DNA of 64,000 bases from Barthelona sp. PAP020 (Eukaryota). A model generated the notes under the pieces. That model was not told the origin of the DNA, searched no databases, and saw only the letters and a list, made by a program, of their open reading frames with translations. The stretch lies in the NCBI GenBank assembly GCA_040182905.1, contig JARQWU010000024.1, positions 1 through 64,000 of the forward strand, given 5' to 3'. Both the position numbers and the translations under genes were made by a program. This document shows, piece after piece, positions 1 through 12,100 of this stretch (the stretch's first letter is position 1; each line of letters starts with the position of its first letter).

Positions 1-1
1 G

Positions 2-121
2 AAAGCTCCCAGTGAAATATTAAACAATTGGGGAGATCAAATTGAAGTTACAGTTGATTTATTAGGTAAAGCTTGTCATTTTATCAATGTAGAAAAAGCT
101 AGAACCAAAAGTAATCAATAA
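2..121 (+). CDS. PSMD12: 3' end of 26S proteasome lid subunit Rpn5/PSMD12 (partial)
   Basis: Frame 2 reads KAPSEILNNWGDQIEVTVDLLGKACHFINVEKARTKSNQ*, resembling the Rpn5 C-terminal helix (P..LLNDWS.....L..LV.KT.HLI.KE). Confidence 0.7.
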   Translation, partial: KAPSEILNNWGDQIEVTVDLLGKACHFINVEKARTKSNQ

Positions 122-314
122 TATTAAAAAAGTTAAGTAAATTGTGAGTATGATTTGTTATTTGTTGTGTTATTGAGGAATTTTTTGAAAAAATTCCTGC
201 ATAATTTAATCATATTTTTCAAAGGTTTATTATTAGATTACAAATACATATTTGACACAATTCGTGACACAACAATCTCTTTCAAATTTAATTTATTTTT
301 TTTTTTTCTCTCGA

Positions 315-2297
315 ATGGCATTAGAATTAGAACATATTATTGGAAATTGTGCTTCTATTTTCCCCAATTCATTAAGAATTTTAAATAGATATGGACCTGT
401 TCATTATCTTGTACCAGTTGGAAATTACATTATTCTTTCAAACATTGATGATATGCATGACCAGCAAATACTGCCTTCTTCAAAATTATCTCATGATATT
501 TCATGTTTGGATGTGAGTAGTGATGAACGTTTCCTTGTATGTGGTACTATTTCACATGATTATCCAAGATCTGGAAATAGCAATGTTTATTTAATTGATG
601 TTCAAACGAAAAAACTTGTTCAACATTTATGCACGTGTGAAAAGTCAGTAAAAGCTGTTTCTTTTTCATTTGATCGTAGATTTGTTGGAATATCCACTTC
701 TGACAATCGTTTTATTGTATTAGAAATAGATTATAGTGATAACTCTTCAAGAGTTATTGGTACTGTACAATCTCGTGAAGCTATTGAATTGATTCAATGG
801 GTTTATTCTGATGATAATCGTTTTGATGCTTCTCAATCTGTTTGGACCATTATCAATGGTGTTCCCACCAAAATTGAATTGATTTATTCACGCTCATTAT
901 TATCACATGAGTTAGTTGTTAAGCCCTCACAATTAGCCTCATCTGGCATTCATCGCCAATATATATCTGGTGTTGTTGATGGAAATGGTAATTTATACTC
1001 TGGTACTGCTTCTGGAGATGTTATTGTTATTACTTATGATGGTGTTTTCCGTGGTATAATCCCAGTTAGCATTTTAGGAATCAATAGTTTGTTCTTATTG
1101 CCAAATTCTCTATTGGTTGCTTTAGCAACTGATCACATATTTGTTATTGATTTAACTGTGCATGATTTTCCCAAGACTTTATCTATTGACTTGGAAATGG
1201 ATTGTCTATGTATGGCTAAATACTCAGAAGGAGCAATTGTTTCTTCAAAGTTTGGTCACATTCTCATTGTTAATTTCTCTTCAAAATCATTTGCCATTCA
1301 TTCTAATGCCTTTAATTCTGATGTTTTAGATGTTTCAACAAGTTCTTCATTTTCCTCTTCATTTACCACTGTTGAAGCTGGTGGATTAACTAAAATTTGG
1401 AGCTTGGAAGATTACAGTATTGGTGCAGTCTCTCGTCCTTTACATGATGCTGTAATGGTTGCAGCAAAACCCATGAGTGTTGCAATGGGGACCGAACATG
1501 TTGTTACTGGATGGTCTGCTGGATCTGTAAATATTCTAAAAGTTGAGTCCCAACATTTACAACCTGGTAAAAGATTAAAAATTCAACATATTGACCCAAC
1601 GTATGTATTACGTCATTCGAATTCTGATGTTGTATGTTGTGCCATAAGTGAGGATCAAAAGATTTTTGCCACAGCTGACAAGGAAGGATTTGTATCAGTT
1701 TGGAATCTTCTGTCAGGTCAATCATATGGTGTATTGAAGGCACATAATAAGAAAGTTACAGGTTTAAAAGTGCATACCATAAGTGAGCGTGTTATTAACG
1801 CTTCTTCAAATCCTTTTGTTTCTTCCAATGAAACTGTTCAAAAGGACAGTTCAATTTTCTATCATGTTGTTCATTCTGTTGGACAAGATGGCACTCTTTC
1901 ATCTTGGTTTGCAACAAAAGATCAACAACCTTTGATAAATCTTGGACATTCCACACCATTTTCATCGTTAGATGTGTTTTCTGATGATCAAGTAATTTCT
2001 GGTGATGAAACTGGACATATTATCTTTTGGGATATTAAGTATCGTCGTGGTGATCCTTGTTTAAAAATTTGTGATGAAGCATTAACTTGTGTAAAATTGA
2101 GTCCAAATAAACAATTTTTGGCCATGGGTGATAGGTCTGGATGTTTGTATATTTTGAAATTGGAAGATAATTCGTTAATTGCTAAAGTTGAAGCTCATAA
2201 AAAAGAAATTCGTTCTATATCTTGGACAATTGATGGTAGACAATTAATTTCGTCTGCAGAAGAAGGGGCTATTTTCATTTGGAATTGCTTTTTTTAA
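315..2297 (+). CDS. CFAP52: WD40-repeat protein, CFAP52/WDR16-like (flagellar microtubule inner protein)
   Basis: First ATG at 315 follows a T-tract. N-terminus MALELEHIIG and YSGTASGDV resemble CFAP52; many WD repeats (VSVWNL, IIFWDI, IFIWN). Confidence 0.7.
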   Translation: MALELEHIIGNCASIFPNSLRILNRYGPVHYLVPVGNYIILSNIDDMHDQQILPSSKLSHDISCLDVSSDERFLVCGTISHDYPRSGNSNVYLIDVQTKKLVQHLCTCEKSVKAVSFSFDRRFVGISTSDNRFIVLEIDYSDNSSRVIGTVQSREAIELIQWVYSDDNRFDASQSVWTIINGVPTKIELIYSRSLLSHELVVKPSQLASSGIHRQYISGVVDGNGNLYSGTASGDVIVITYDGVFRGIIPVSILGINSLFLLPNSLLVALATDHIFVIDLTVHDFPKTLSIDLEMDCLCMAKYSEGAIVSSKFGHILIVNFSSKSFAIHSNAFNSDVLDVSTSSSFSSSFTTVEAGGLTKIWSLEDYSIGAVSRPLHDAVMVAAKPMSVAMGTEHVVTGWSAGSVNILKVESQHLQPGKRLKIQHIDPTYVLRHSNSDVVCCAISEDQKIFATADKEGFVSVWNLLSGQSYGVLKAHNKKVTGLKVHTISERVINASSNPFVSSNETVQKDSSIFYHVVHSVGQDGTLSSWFATKDQQPLINLGHSTPFSSLDVFSDDQVISGDETGHIIFWDIKYRRGDPCLKICDEALTCVKLSPNKQFLAMGDRSGCLYILKLEDNSLIAKVEAHKKEIRSISWTIDGRQLISSAEEGAIFIWNCFF

Positions 2298-3139
2298 GAT
2301 TAACTATTTTTTCTTTGTTTTTCAAAGTTTGACTGGTTTTTCCCCTTTTTTTTGTATATCGTGTGGCACTCATGATTGCTTATTGAGATGTTAACATGTG
2401 TTTAGTGATAAATTTGTTGTTATTTTTTTTTTTTTTTTTGTTTTTTTATAAAGGATCATTTGCCTTGCGTTATTCAACAGTAGAACTAATTGGTTATTTA
2501 CAACAACTTTTCTTCAATGTTGATTTGCAATTCATTGAGAGTTTAACTACTTGGTCCAGTTGTAAACCACCTACGTTTATTCATAGGCAAAGTTGAAAAA
2601 CTCATTCAAGAAATTTTTCAGCAAAAAAGAAAAGAGTGGCCGAAATCCAATCTTGATGATCCAGTGTGAGAATTGTAAAAAAAATTTCTCAACCCTATTG
2701 CCCTTTGTATTTTATTGAATTTCTTCTTTAGAATGTGTTTCTTTGAAAAGAAACTTCTTCACAAAAGAAGACCATTGAACCAATTAACATTTGTAGAGTA
2801 GCTCTTTTGACCCAATTATCTCTGAACAGTAAAAAAAAAAAAAAGGAAGAACGATTCAGTAATGTTTATGATGATTTGAGTTTAATCAATTTCTGCCAAT
2901 TCAAAAAATATTATCAACAAGGAAAGACCGTAGATTTTCGGACAATGACAACATTAGACAATGTACTGATCTATTGTAGGGGGTAAATTGACCTTTCGTG
3001 CAGACCAGCTGCACCTCCACATTTATATTCCAAAAATTCAGACTTTTGTTATTGGAAAAGAACTGAGGAGTCTTCCTTGTTCAACAAATACAAAAAAAAA
3101 AAATTTCAATTTTTTTTTACAATTTTTCAACAAATATAA

Positions 3140-6100
3140 TCAGTCATTGTCAATGTTAATGCAAGTAATAGCTACAAGCAACTTCTCTCTTAAAATTTCC
3201 TTTGAAGAATAAGATGGTAAATTTAATCTGAAATAACAAGTACCAGCAGTGGGTAATCTGTTACCAGAACCACTCATAGACAAATGGAATTTGCTGGGGC
3301 AAGGTTTGGGAAGTCTGGATCTTCCCCAAACGAATCTCAAGAATTGAGCTCTAATCTCAGGATTGGCTTCCTTCAATACTTCCTTCAACCAAGTAACACA
3401 TTTGTCGGATGGAATACCATCACCAACAGTATCAAAGAGGTAGTCAACTTCATAATCGTTGCTACCACTAACCAAATACATCAAATCATTTTCACAAAGA
3501 TTGTTCAAGTGCTTGGCAGGAATGACATAATTGAACCCTTTTCTAACTTCATTTATGACTGATATCCATTGTTTGGGATATAATTCCAACAACATTGCAG
3601 CATAAACATCCTTGTTATCCCAAGAAAGTTTAATGCTTGAACCATTGGGAATTAAGTCGACTTCATTACCACTGATGTCAATGAAGGACATTGCTTGGTG
3701 TTGGATGAATGTATCGAAATTATCTTCTTTTAATTCAACTCCATTTGTATCATAACCCTTCAAAATTAAACTGACACGTTCATATAAACCATCATCCAAA
3801 AGTCTCAAATGCCTCAATTCAAAAGGAATATCCAATATCATTGAATAAAAGACACTTGACACAGGGAAATTAACGGGATGATTTCCACAAATCAATCCTC
3901 CCAACAACAAACCAAATGTGTACCAATCCACGTTTGATTGAACGATGGGATAAGGCATCATTGCATCACGATCAACACCATGATTACCAACATTGTTAGG
4001 AGTGGCAATAAACATAATACCATTTTCTCTCACTTGATCAAAGAGATGAGATAAAAGTTCGTTATAAGGTCCACCAGCATCAATGGAATGTTCTCCCTTG
4101 AAATTAGCTTTGAACATACGATTTCTGTTTCTCCAACAATCAATACTCATGTTGCTGCTGGCCTTACATAATTGATCAAAAATAGGCTCTGGTTCTTTAC
4201 CGTTCTCATGAATTCTGTTGAAATTAATGTCATGTACACCAGAGTTTGTCAATAAATTTTCAATTTGATCCTTAAATTGTTTGACTCTGATTTCAGCTGG
4301 AATTAAATTTCTCAATACTGTGTCAACTCTGAAGATATTTCTCAAAGATGCATCTTTTTCAGAAATCTTGGAAATAAAATTGAATATAAGGGGAAGAGAA
4401 GATCCAATTACCGTAGTAAATTGAATCAGATAATGTGCTTGTTGAACCGATAAGTCACATTGGTTGAATAATTCTTGATCAATGTTCAATTGTTTGTACA
4501 GAATATCAATGTTGTTACCCGTTAAAGTGCACTTGTCATAAGTAGGTAAATCATTTTTGTTGAACAAACCAATACGATAAGCATCAATTGCATCAATATT
4601 GTTTAAGATTCTCATAAACAAGTTTTGGAAGAAAGTATCACACATCAAACGATCAACATTTCGTTCAAAGAGCAAGAATTCATCATCGGTCATAAGGTTA
4701 TGAGTGATAGGCATTGGTTTTCCAAAAGGAATTAAGAGTGCTCTGACACCCCAATTGTTGCTCGAATTCATCCTCAAAGTCATTCGTTGACGATTGGTTT
4801 CAATTCGATAAATTTGGGAACAATCAGAAATTGTCTGATTTTTATAGCCTTCAACGGTAATGGTATGGTTAACAGATTCAGGATCAAACACCATAAAGTA
4901 TCCAAGTTCATTATTGGCAGGAATAGTCAAAACATATTCGTATGATCTGGCAGGATGATGTGTTTCAAATGGAATGGCTTGACCCAAATGAGAATGCTGA
5001 GGTGAGAAAATTGAATACAAGAACTCCCTTCTGAAATGTTTATTCTTAGCAAACGATTGAATTTCCATCAAGTGTCCATAATTGAATAAAGACAATGTGT
5101 TGAACAAAGTTTCATATTCATCAGCAACATGTAACGATTTGATGGAAGAATTGATCAAACTCAAGATCGATAATTCTTCAATGATAGGTTTGGAATTGGT
5201 ACTACGTGAATCAGACATCATATTATCAAGTTTTTGTTTGATGAACATCGGTAACTTATCAGTTGAACTCATACCCCAATTAAGGTTGGGGAATTGTTCC
5301 AATGCAACCAATTTCAACAACAATAATTTTGTTTCTTCACACAGTGTACTCAGTTCCTTTTCCAAACTAGTGTCATGTTGATTAACCCAAACATAATCAA
5401 TGAACAATTGGAAATAATAATTGAGGATATTTGAACATTCAATCACCTTGTTGCTTGTGAAATTGCTCAACTGTTCCTTCAAATCTTTCAATAACATCTT
5501 AATAACGTGAACAGAGAAAGGTAATTCGTATTTCACCAAATTTGCTTTAGGTTTAATGGTGAATCCAAATCCATATATCTTGTTGGTTTCATTATGTTCC
5601 CAAGTATATTTAAATTCGTTACATCTGATAATAAAGGGAGTTTTATCAAGACTACTATGTTCTCCAGTGAATTCTTTAATCTTGTGATTCTTATTGTCAT
5701 AGAATGTCAATTTAGCATTCTTTAAGTTAGTCTTATGATCCAAAGTGATTTCATATTCATCAACTTTAGAAATGAAGAAGCTAACAGGTTCTGATTCAAC
5801 ATCACTTGTGGGTAAAGGATGTTGTGATTCAATAAAGGAATCATTCAAACTGAAGAAATATTGTGAGAAATCAAAGATTGCACTTGTCAGCTCATCATTA
5901 GTTTCATCTAAAATTAAGTTATCAAAAATATGAACAATGACTGGTTGTAACATTCTTAAGTTTCTTAATTCATATTGACTTTCATCATTCATCAAATTAT
6001 TAGTAAACTCTAAGACTCCACTAATGTTATCATAACTTGCATTGATAATCTGATTCATCAATTTCTTAACCAAGGCAGAAGGATTAGGTAATCCTTGACT

Positions 6101-9100
6101 TTTACTCAATGAATTAACATCAGTTACACTGATAGCAAAATTACATAAATTGCGAATAATTAAATCTCTAAGATACATTTGCTGATATAAAGTATTAAAT
6201 AATATCATCTGATCAAAATAATTGATGAATAATAAAGTACCATTCTTATCATCATAATTAGAAATGTTTTGACCACTCAACAACGTGAAATCTAAGATTT
6301 CAGGAGATTTGACGCATAAAGCAAGATTATTCTTTAAATTGAACTTATAAGCACTTTGATCTTTCTTCTTATCAAACTTAACTTGATCAGTATTGGCTTC
6401 ACTATGAATTTGAATCTTATTCCATTCATTTTCATCCTTGAAATCAACATCAAGAATCTGTTCAAAGCGACAATATTCACCATTAAATTGATAAACTTCA
6501 TTAACATTGGTTTTTCTATTCATTAAAATAACAACTGGGATTTTCATTTCTTTAGTCTTGTTATAGATACCAAAGCAATTAATTATGTCCGTCTCAGAAG
6601 ATTCCATAAATTGAGTACGATTTAGTTCATCCTTTACTTTCAATTCACCAACTTCATACACAAATTCTAATTTCTTAGACTTCTTATTATATTTAATGTA
6701 GTCGTTTGATTGGAATCCTTTCAATAAATCACTTGTGGTATCCAAGAATTGCAACCAATTTGATGAAGCTGATTTTTTATCAACATAACATTTGTAAGTA
6801 ACTTCTCTAATGGTATTATCTCGACGACCAGTAGTCATTGCCAAAGAATTGAATAAATATGATAAATTTTTGATTTGTGATGAAGTATAACCACTAATAA
6901 ATGAAGGGAAGATAGGTAAACCATTTTCATCTTCATCTTTATTTAAGAATGGTTCAATTTCACCAGGTAACATCTTAAACATATTCAAAATAGTACTTAT
7001 GGGTAAAACCTTTTGGAAATCTTTTAAATCATTCTTATCAAATGTATTTACCAATAATCCTAAAGCATTAACTCTTGTTTTTACTAAACCTTCATACATT
7101 TGAATAACATTAGGAATATGGAATAATTTCTTTGTTGCTAAACTCTTTTTAGAACGATCCAAAGCTTGATCATAATCCCAACCTCTTCTTAAAATAAATA
7201 ATTGGTTAAATATTTCACTAATCAAAGGATAATCATCAAATGTAGAAATTTTTGGAATATCATTGTTCCATGTCACATTCAAAATATCTTTTTTATTAAT
7301 TTCAATGAATCCTCTCAATTCATGGAAAACAGTACATCCATCACACTTAAAATCACTATTTACCAATAAACCATCCAATTCTCTTGAATCAACATCATTA
7401 TTAGCTTTGAAATTGAAATGAACATGATCTCCAATGCAATAATCAATAGAATCAAAGCCTAATATATTAAATATAGAAGAAAGCTTATTTAAAGGTAATA
7501 ATGACACTTGAATACCATAATCAATGATTTGAGTACGTTTGTTATCAGGATCTTTGATAAATTTCATAAATTTATCATATGCAGTAAAATTAAAATCAGT
7601 AATAAATTCTGTAAATGTTTCATTAATTAAATTTTGAATGACTTTTTCCCATAAATTATTTTTATGCAAATTATCATTGATTTGTGCATTTGGCATGGTG
7701 AATTCTAATTGTTTCAATGCTTTTTGTTTCTTTTTGTATTCAACTGATTCAAAAGTCAATAAATATCTTAACAAAATTTGACTGTAATGTTGAACATTCT
7801 TACTATGAATGTAATTGACTGTTTCATTAAACTCCAACTTATTGTCTTTAAAGATGTTAGGCACAACAGCTCTAAATTTAAATAATTTCTCAAAATTATT
7901 AAATTTGCTGAAAGGTTTGGGATTTTCTCTGGAAATATTGTTACTGCAACTTAAACCAAACAATATATAAACAACATCTTTGATAAAATTGCTATCATTT
8001 TCTTTAATCACAGTTGAAATAGTCTTAAAACATTTCAATAATAACCTATATGATGAATATTGCATTGCTGCTGAACCATATGTCAAGAAAATAATCAATC
8101 CCGAAATTAATAAAGAAGGATTCATCAATTGTAAAGGATCAATGGTTAAAAAGTTCATAGCGTCTAATAAAATAATGACTTCTTCAAAATGTTCAATAAA
8201 CATAGGTAAAGCACTGACAGTTTCATTTTCAATCAATTCCCTAAAATGTTCAACATATAATGTGTTACTATTTTCATCATTCATGTTGATATCATCACAG
8301 ATAGAAAAGGATGGAACATCTAATTCATCATTATCTTCGATGCTAATCTCTTTATTACTGTCGAATAATTCATATAACATCTTTCCTAAAGGAGTCACTT
8401 TATTTTTATTCAAAATTGTTTCAATATTTTGCAATAATTTATCTTGCATCATACTCTTAGCAAAAGAAGCCAAGGTTTTTAATCCATTAGCAAGTACAAC
8501 TCTAGACATAGAAACAAAAGGCAATCTTAAATTTTCAGGGATATGTTGAGGATCCATATCTCTGATAATATTTTGATACAAAGTCATCAAATTTTCGGCA
8601 GAATTGGCAACAATGAAATATGGAATAAAATGTAACACGCTTTCATCATCCTTATCATCAAAATTCAAATTTTTTGTGATGATGAAACTGAACAATTCAT
8701 CATGAGAATCTGAAAGTGGTAAATTAATTTCAAACAATGAAATCAAACTTTCTTCATTCCAAAAATTCTTGTTGTCATTAAATCTAGTGATATTATTGAT
8801 ATTCACTATTTTAACATTTGTATTTAGAATGGATCTTAAAATATTACTGAAAGATAATCCACAACAATCATTATTATCCCAATTCTTAACATAATCACAA
8901 TAATCAGCAAAAATGCTATTAATTGCTCCAATTCTTGAAGCTCCACTCTCAATATAATTTTGGAAAATATGTATTTCAGATTCAGTCAACATCTTCAACA
9001 AATATTTGTTCAAAAACCTTTGTTTTAAAATAATTTCATCAATAACTAAATCATTATCAACACTAACAAGTTCTGCTTTGATTGAATTAGCATTTAATGT

Positions 9101-12100
9101 AGGACTTGGTGGACATAAAGCTGTCATACCAATTGTATTAGCTTTTAAAGGCATCTTTTTAAATTTCAAAGCAAAAGTCAATTTTTTTAATAGCAATTGA
9201 CTCAATTTTGGATAAATAATTCTATTTGTTCCATCAATATTATGTTTTGAACGATATTCATCATTCATATGACGTCTTAAACCTTCAATACCAACAGAGA
9301 TTTCATTAAATAAACGTTTTAACGTTTCAATAATTACATTTAAAATTGGATCATTAGTTTGACTATCATTTGATAAACAATCTACAACAGTAAATAAATC
9401 TCCAGCATTATGACATAAATGATATAACACCAAAATAACTAATGATAATTTTCCAATCAAGATTGGAATTCTTGCTGAAGGTTGAGTTCCTGGTCCAATT
9501 TCTGCTGCTAATTTTTCAATCAATTTAGTGATTACTGAATTTTGAGGTATTTCATACTTGAAAATTTTCCCTTTGAAATTTTCAACCAAATATTCAACAA
9601 ATTCATAAATCTCCATTAAAACAGGGGATAAATTATGTTCACTATCAACAGACTTTTCATCTCTTAGAGAATCAAACATTCCTGATTCAATAAATACATT
9701 GATGAAACTATTTCCTTGATTATTTTGAATATTCTTCACAATTAAGGCTTCACTATATTGCATAGATAAAATAAATCCAAAGAATTGACTGTAGACTTTC
9801 AAACAATAGTCAATTAAAGGGTTTTCATTATGATCAGATTCAATCAAATCAAAGATAATTTTGCTCATCTTTGAGGCAATTGAACGGCATAAACTTTCAT
9901 TACCATTAAATAAATCAGCTTTAATCAGGATTAAATTTAACAAAATTTTTGGCAATTGGAAAATAATGAAACTCTTTTCAAATCTTTCAATGTCATATAT
10001 ATGTGATACGTTAGCCATAGTTCTTTCAAGAATATGATCTATTTCCTTCAATAAGCACGTAACAATGACTTTGCTAGATGTTTCTTCAAAATTCTTATCT
10101 AAATAAACAAGAATATAGTCAATCAACATCAAATATTTCTCAAATAACATTAAAGTTAAAGGATTCTCATGATTAAGGATATCAGTAAAAGTTTCAAAAT
10201 TACGATTCATGAATATTTCAACATAATTCGGTATGTTTTCGGTAAATATTTCAAAAACATGGTAAAAATATTCAAGTTCAGTTGATTTTAATTCTTTTTT
10301 ACAAAATATGTCAATCAAATCAATGAAAATATCTTTTGATGTGAAATCCATCAGAGCAAAATAGTGAAAAGCAATTTTTTGTAAATTTCCTAAAATAAAT
10401 GAAATATCTAATCCAAATTCATCATTGTTAATCATATTCATCCTATTTAAATGTTCAATTATAAACTTTGTTAAACTTTGATAAAAAGTTTCAATCTTTT
10501 CAACTTCAACAATTTTTCTCAAATCAACTCCAATATAACTCAATTGTTGTATATTATTGTATAATATGTATAAACTGTGATGATAGATCTCAAAATATTT
10601 GTGTACATTGAATAAAGTTTTTTCAGTAGTATCATTTTGGTATTCTCTTAAAGATTCTTCAAACCAAGTATATGATACATCAGCTAAATGGAACAAATCA
10701 TAAAATACATCAAATGAAAAAATAACAGTATCTTTCACTTGATCAAAACTAGCAAGAATTCTAGAATAATGGGAATAATTACTGATATGACCAATATATT
10801 CAGCACTTCTAAAAAAACATCTGATGAAATCATTGTTTGTGATGTCTTCATGAATAACATTTCCATCAGCATCTTTTTTTATTTTTTTTGGAATATTGTA
10901 GGTGTCCATAATAACTCTTTTATTTAAAGAAATATGTTTTCCATAATGTAACGAATTCATCTTAATCGTAATTGTCTTATACTCAACTTCCTCCTTATTT
11001 TCTTGTTGAATAGGATAAAGGTAAACTAAATCACCATTAACAGGGTCTAAATATCCATTTACGGCACCAAGTTCATTCAATCTATTCTTTACATTGTTAA
11101 ATTCCCTCTTAATTTCTTCTGAAGAATTATCTTTTGAACTGGTAGAATCCCAATGAATACACCATTTTTTTGTTTCACTATTCAAATAGATATTCATGAT
11201 TTGATCCCTTCCATGAAAGATTACAATAGAAGAAAACTCAGAATTCTTCTCCATTCTGAATGAATCAACGGAATTTGATTTTTTAATCACTTTATTCTTG
11301 CAAATATCATATGCTCCCATCATATGTCCCATTCCACTGTTGTGAAGGAAAATAATCGAGTCATCAGATGTAATGTGAGTGACTTCTTTGAAGAAATTAC
11401 CCCTTCCAATTTTAAATGGCTTGAAAGTCTCTTCATTTCCAGTTTCCAAATCATGGTACGTAAACACCATTTTACCAACATCTTTACTCCTATTCAAAAA
11501 CACCAAACCGTTTCTGAAGCCACATACATGTGTGCCAGTTTTAATATTCATGAAATTATTGAAGCCTTTATCATTGACTTCATAAAGCTTCTTTTCTTTA
11601 TCCTTTTCTCCTCCAACAACACGATAACTGAATAATCTATTGTTTGCCTTGAAAAAAATGAATTTAGTCAAATCTTTTGGCATATTGACATTGAAAGTTC
11701 CCACTTTATTTTCATAAATACCTTGTAATGGACAAAAAGTGTAATTTTTCATTGGATAATCTCCAATATTTATCTCTTCATGAATTTTAACATATTGTAA
11801 CATGAAAAAATCAACTCTAGCTGAAATTACAACATTAGGGTATATCTCACGAATCTTTAATAATATATCAATAGTTAAGTTAAGTAAATTTGGACTTTTG
11901 CATCTGATCATTTCTTCACCAACGGAAATTACAATTTGATACAATACATCTGCTCTCCAATTCTTAATGCTTAATTCTTCATCATTGCTTTCAACAATAC
12001 TTTTTAAATTGTTTAAAGTCTTAAACTTTACTTTTTCATCATATTTCATCAGCATTTTGGAAGAAATTAAATATAATGCGCTTGTTAATCCATAAAATTC

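Noticed and set aside
2451..2460. AAGGATCATT resembling the 3' end of 18S rRNA
   Set aside because: Isolated 10-mer after a T-rich tract; no other rRNA sequence around it.
2547..2669. Short frame LLGPVVNHLRLFIGKVEKLIQEIFQQKRKEWPKSNLDDPV*
   Set aside because: No start codon, no convincing intron link and no recognisable family.
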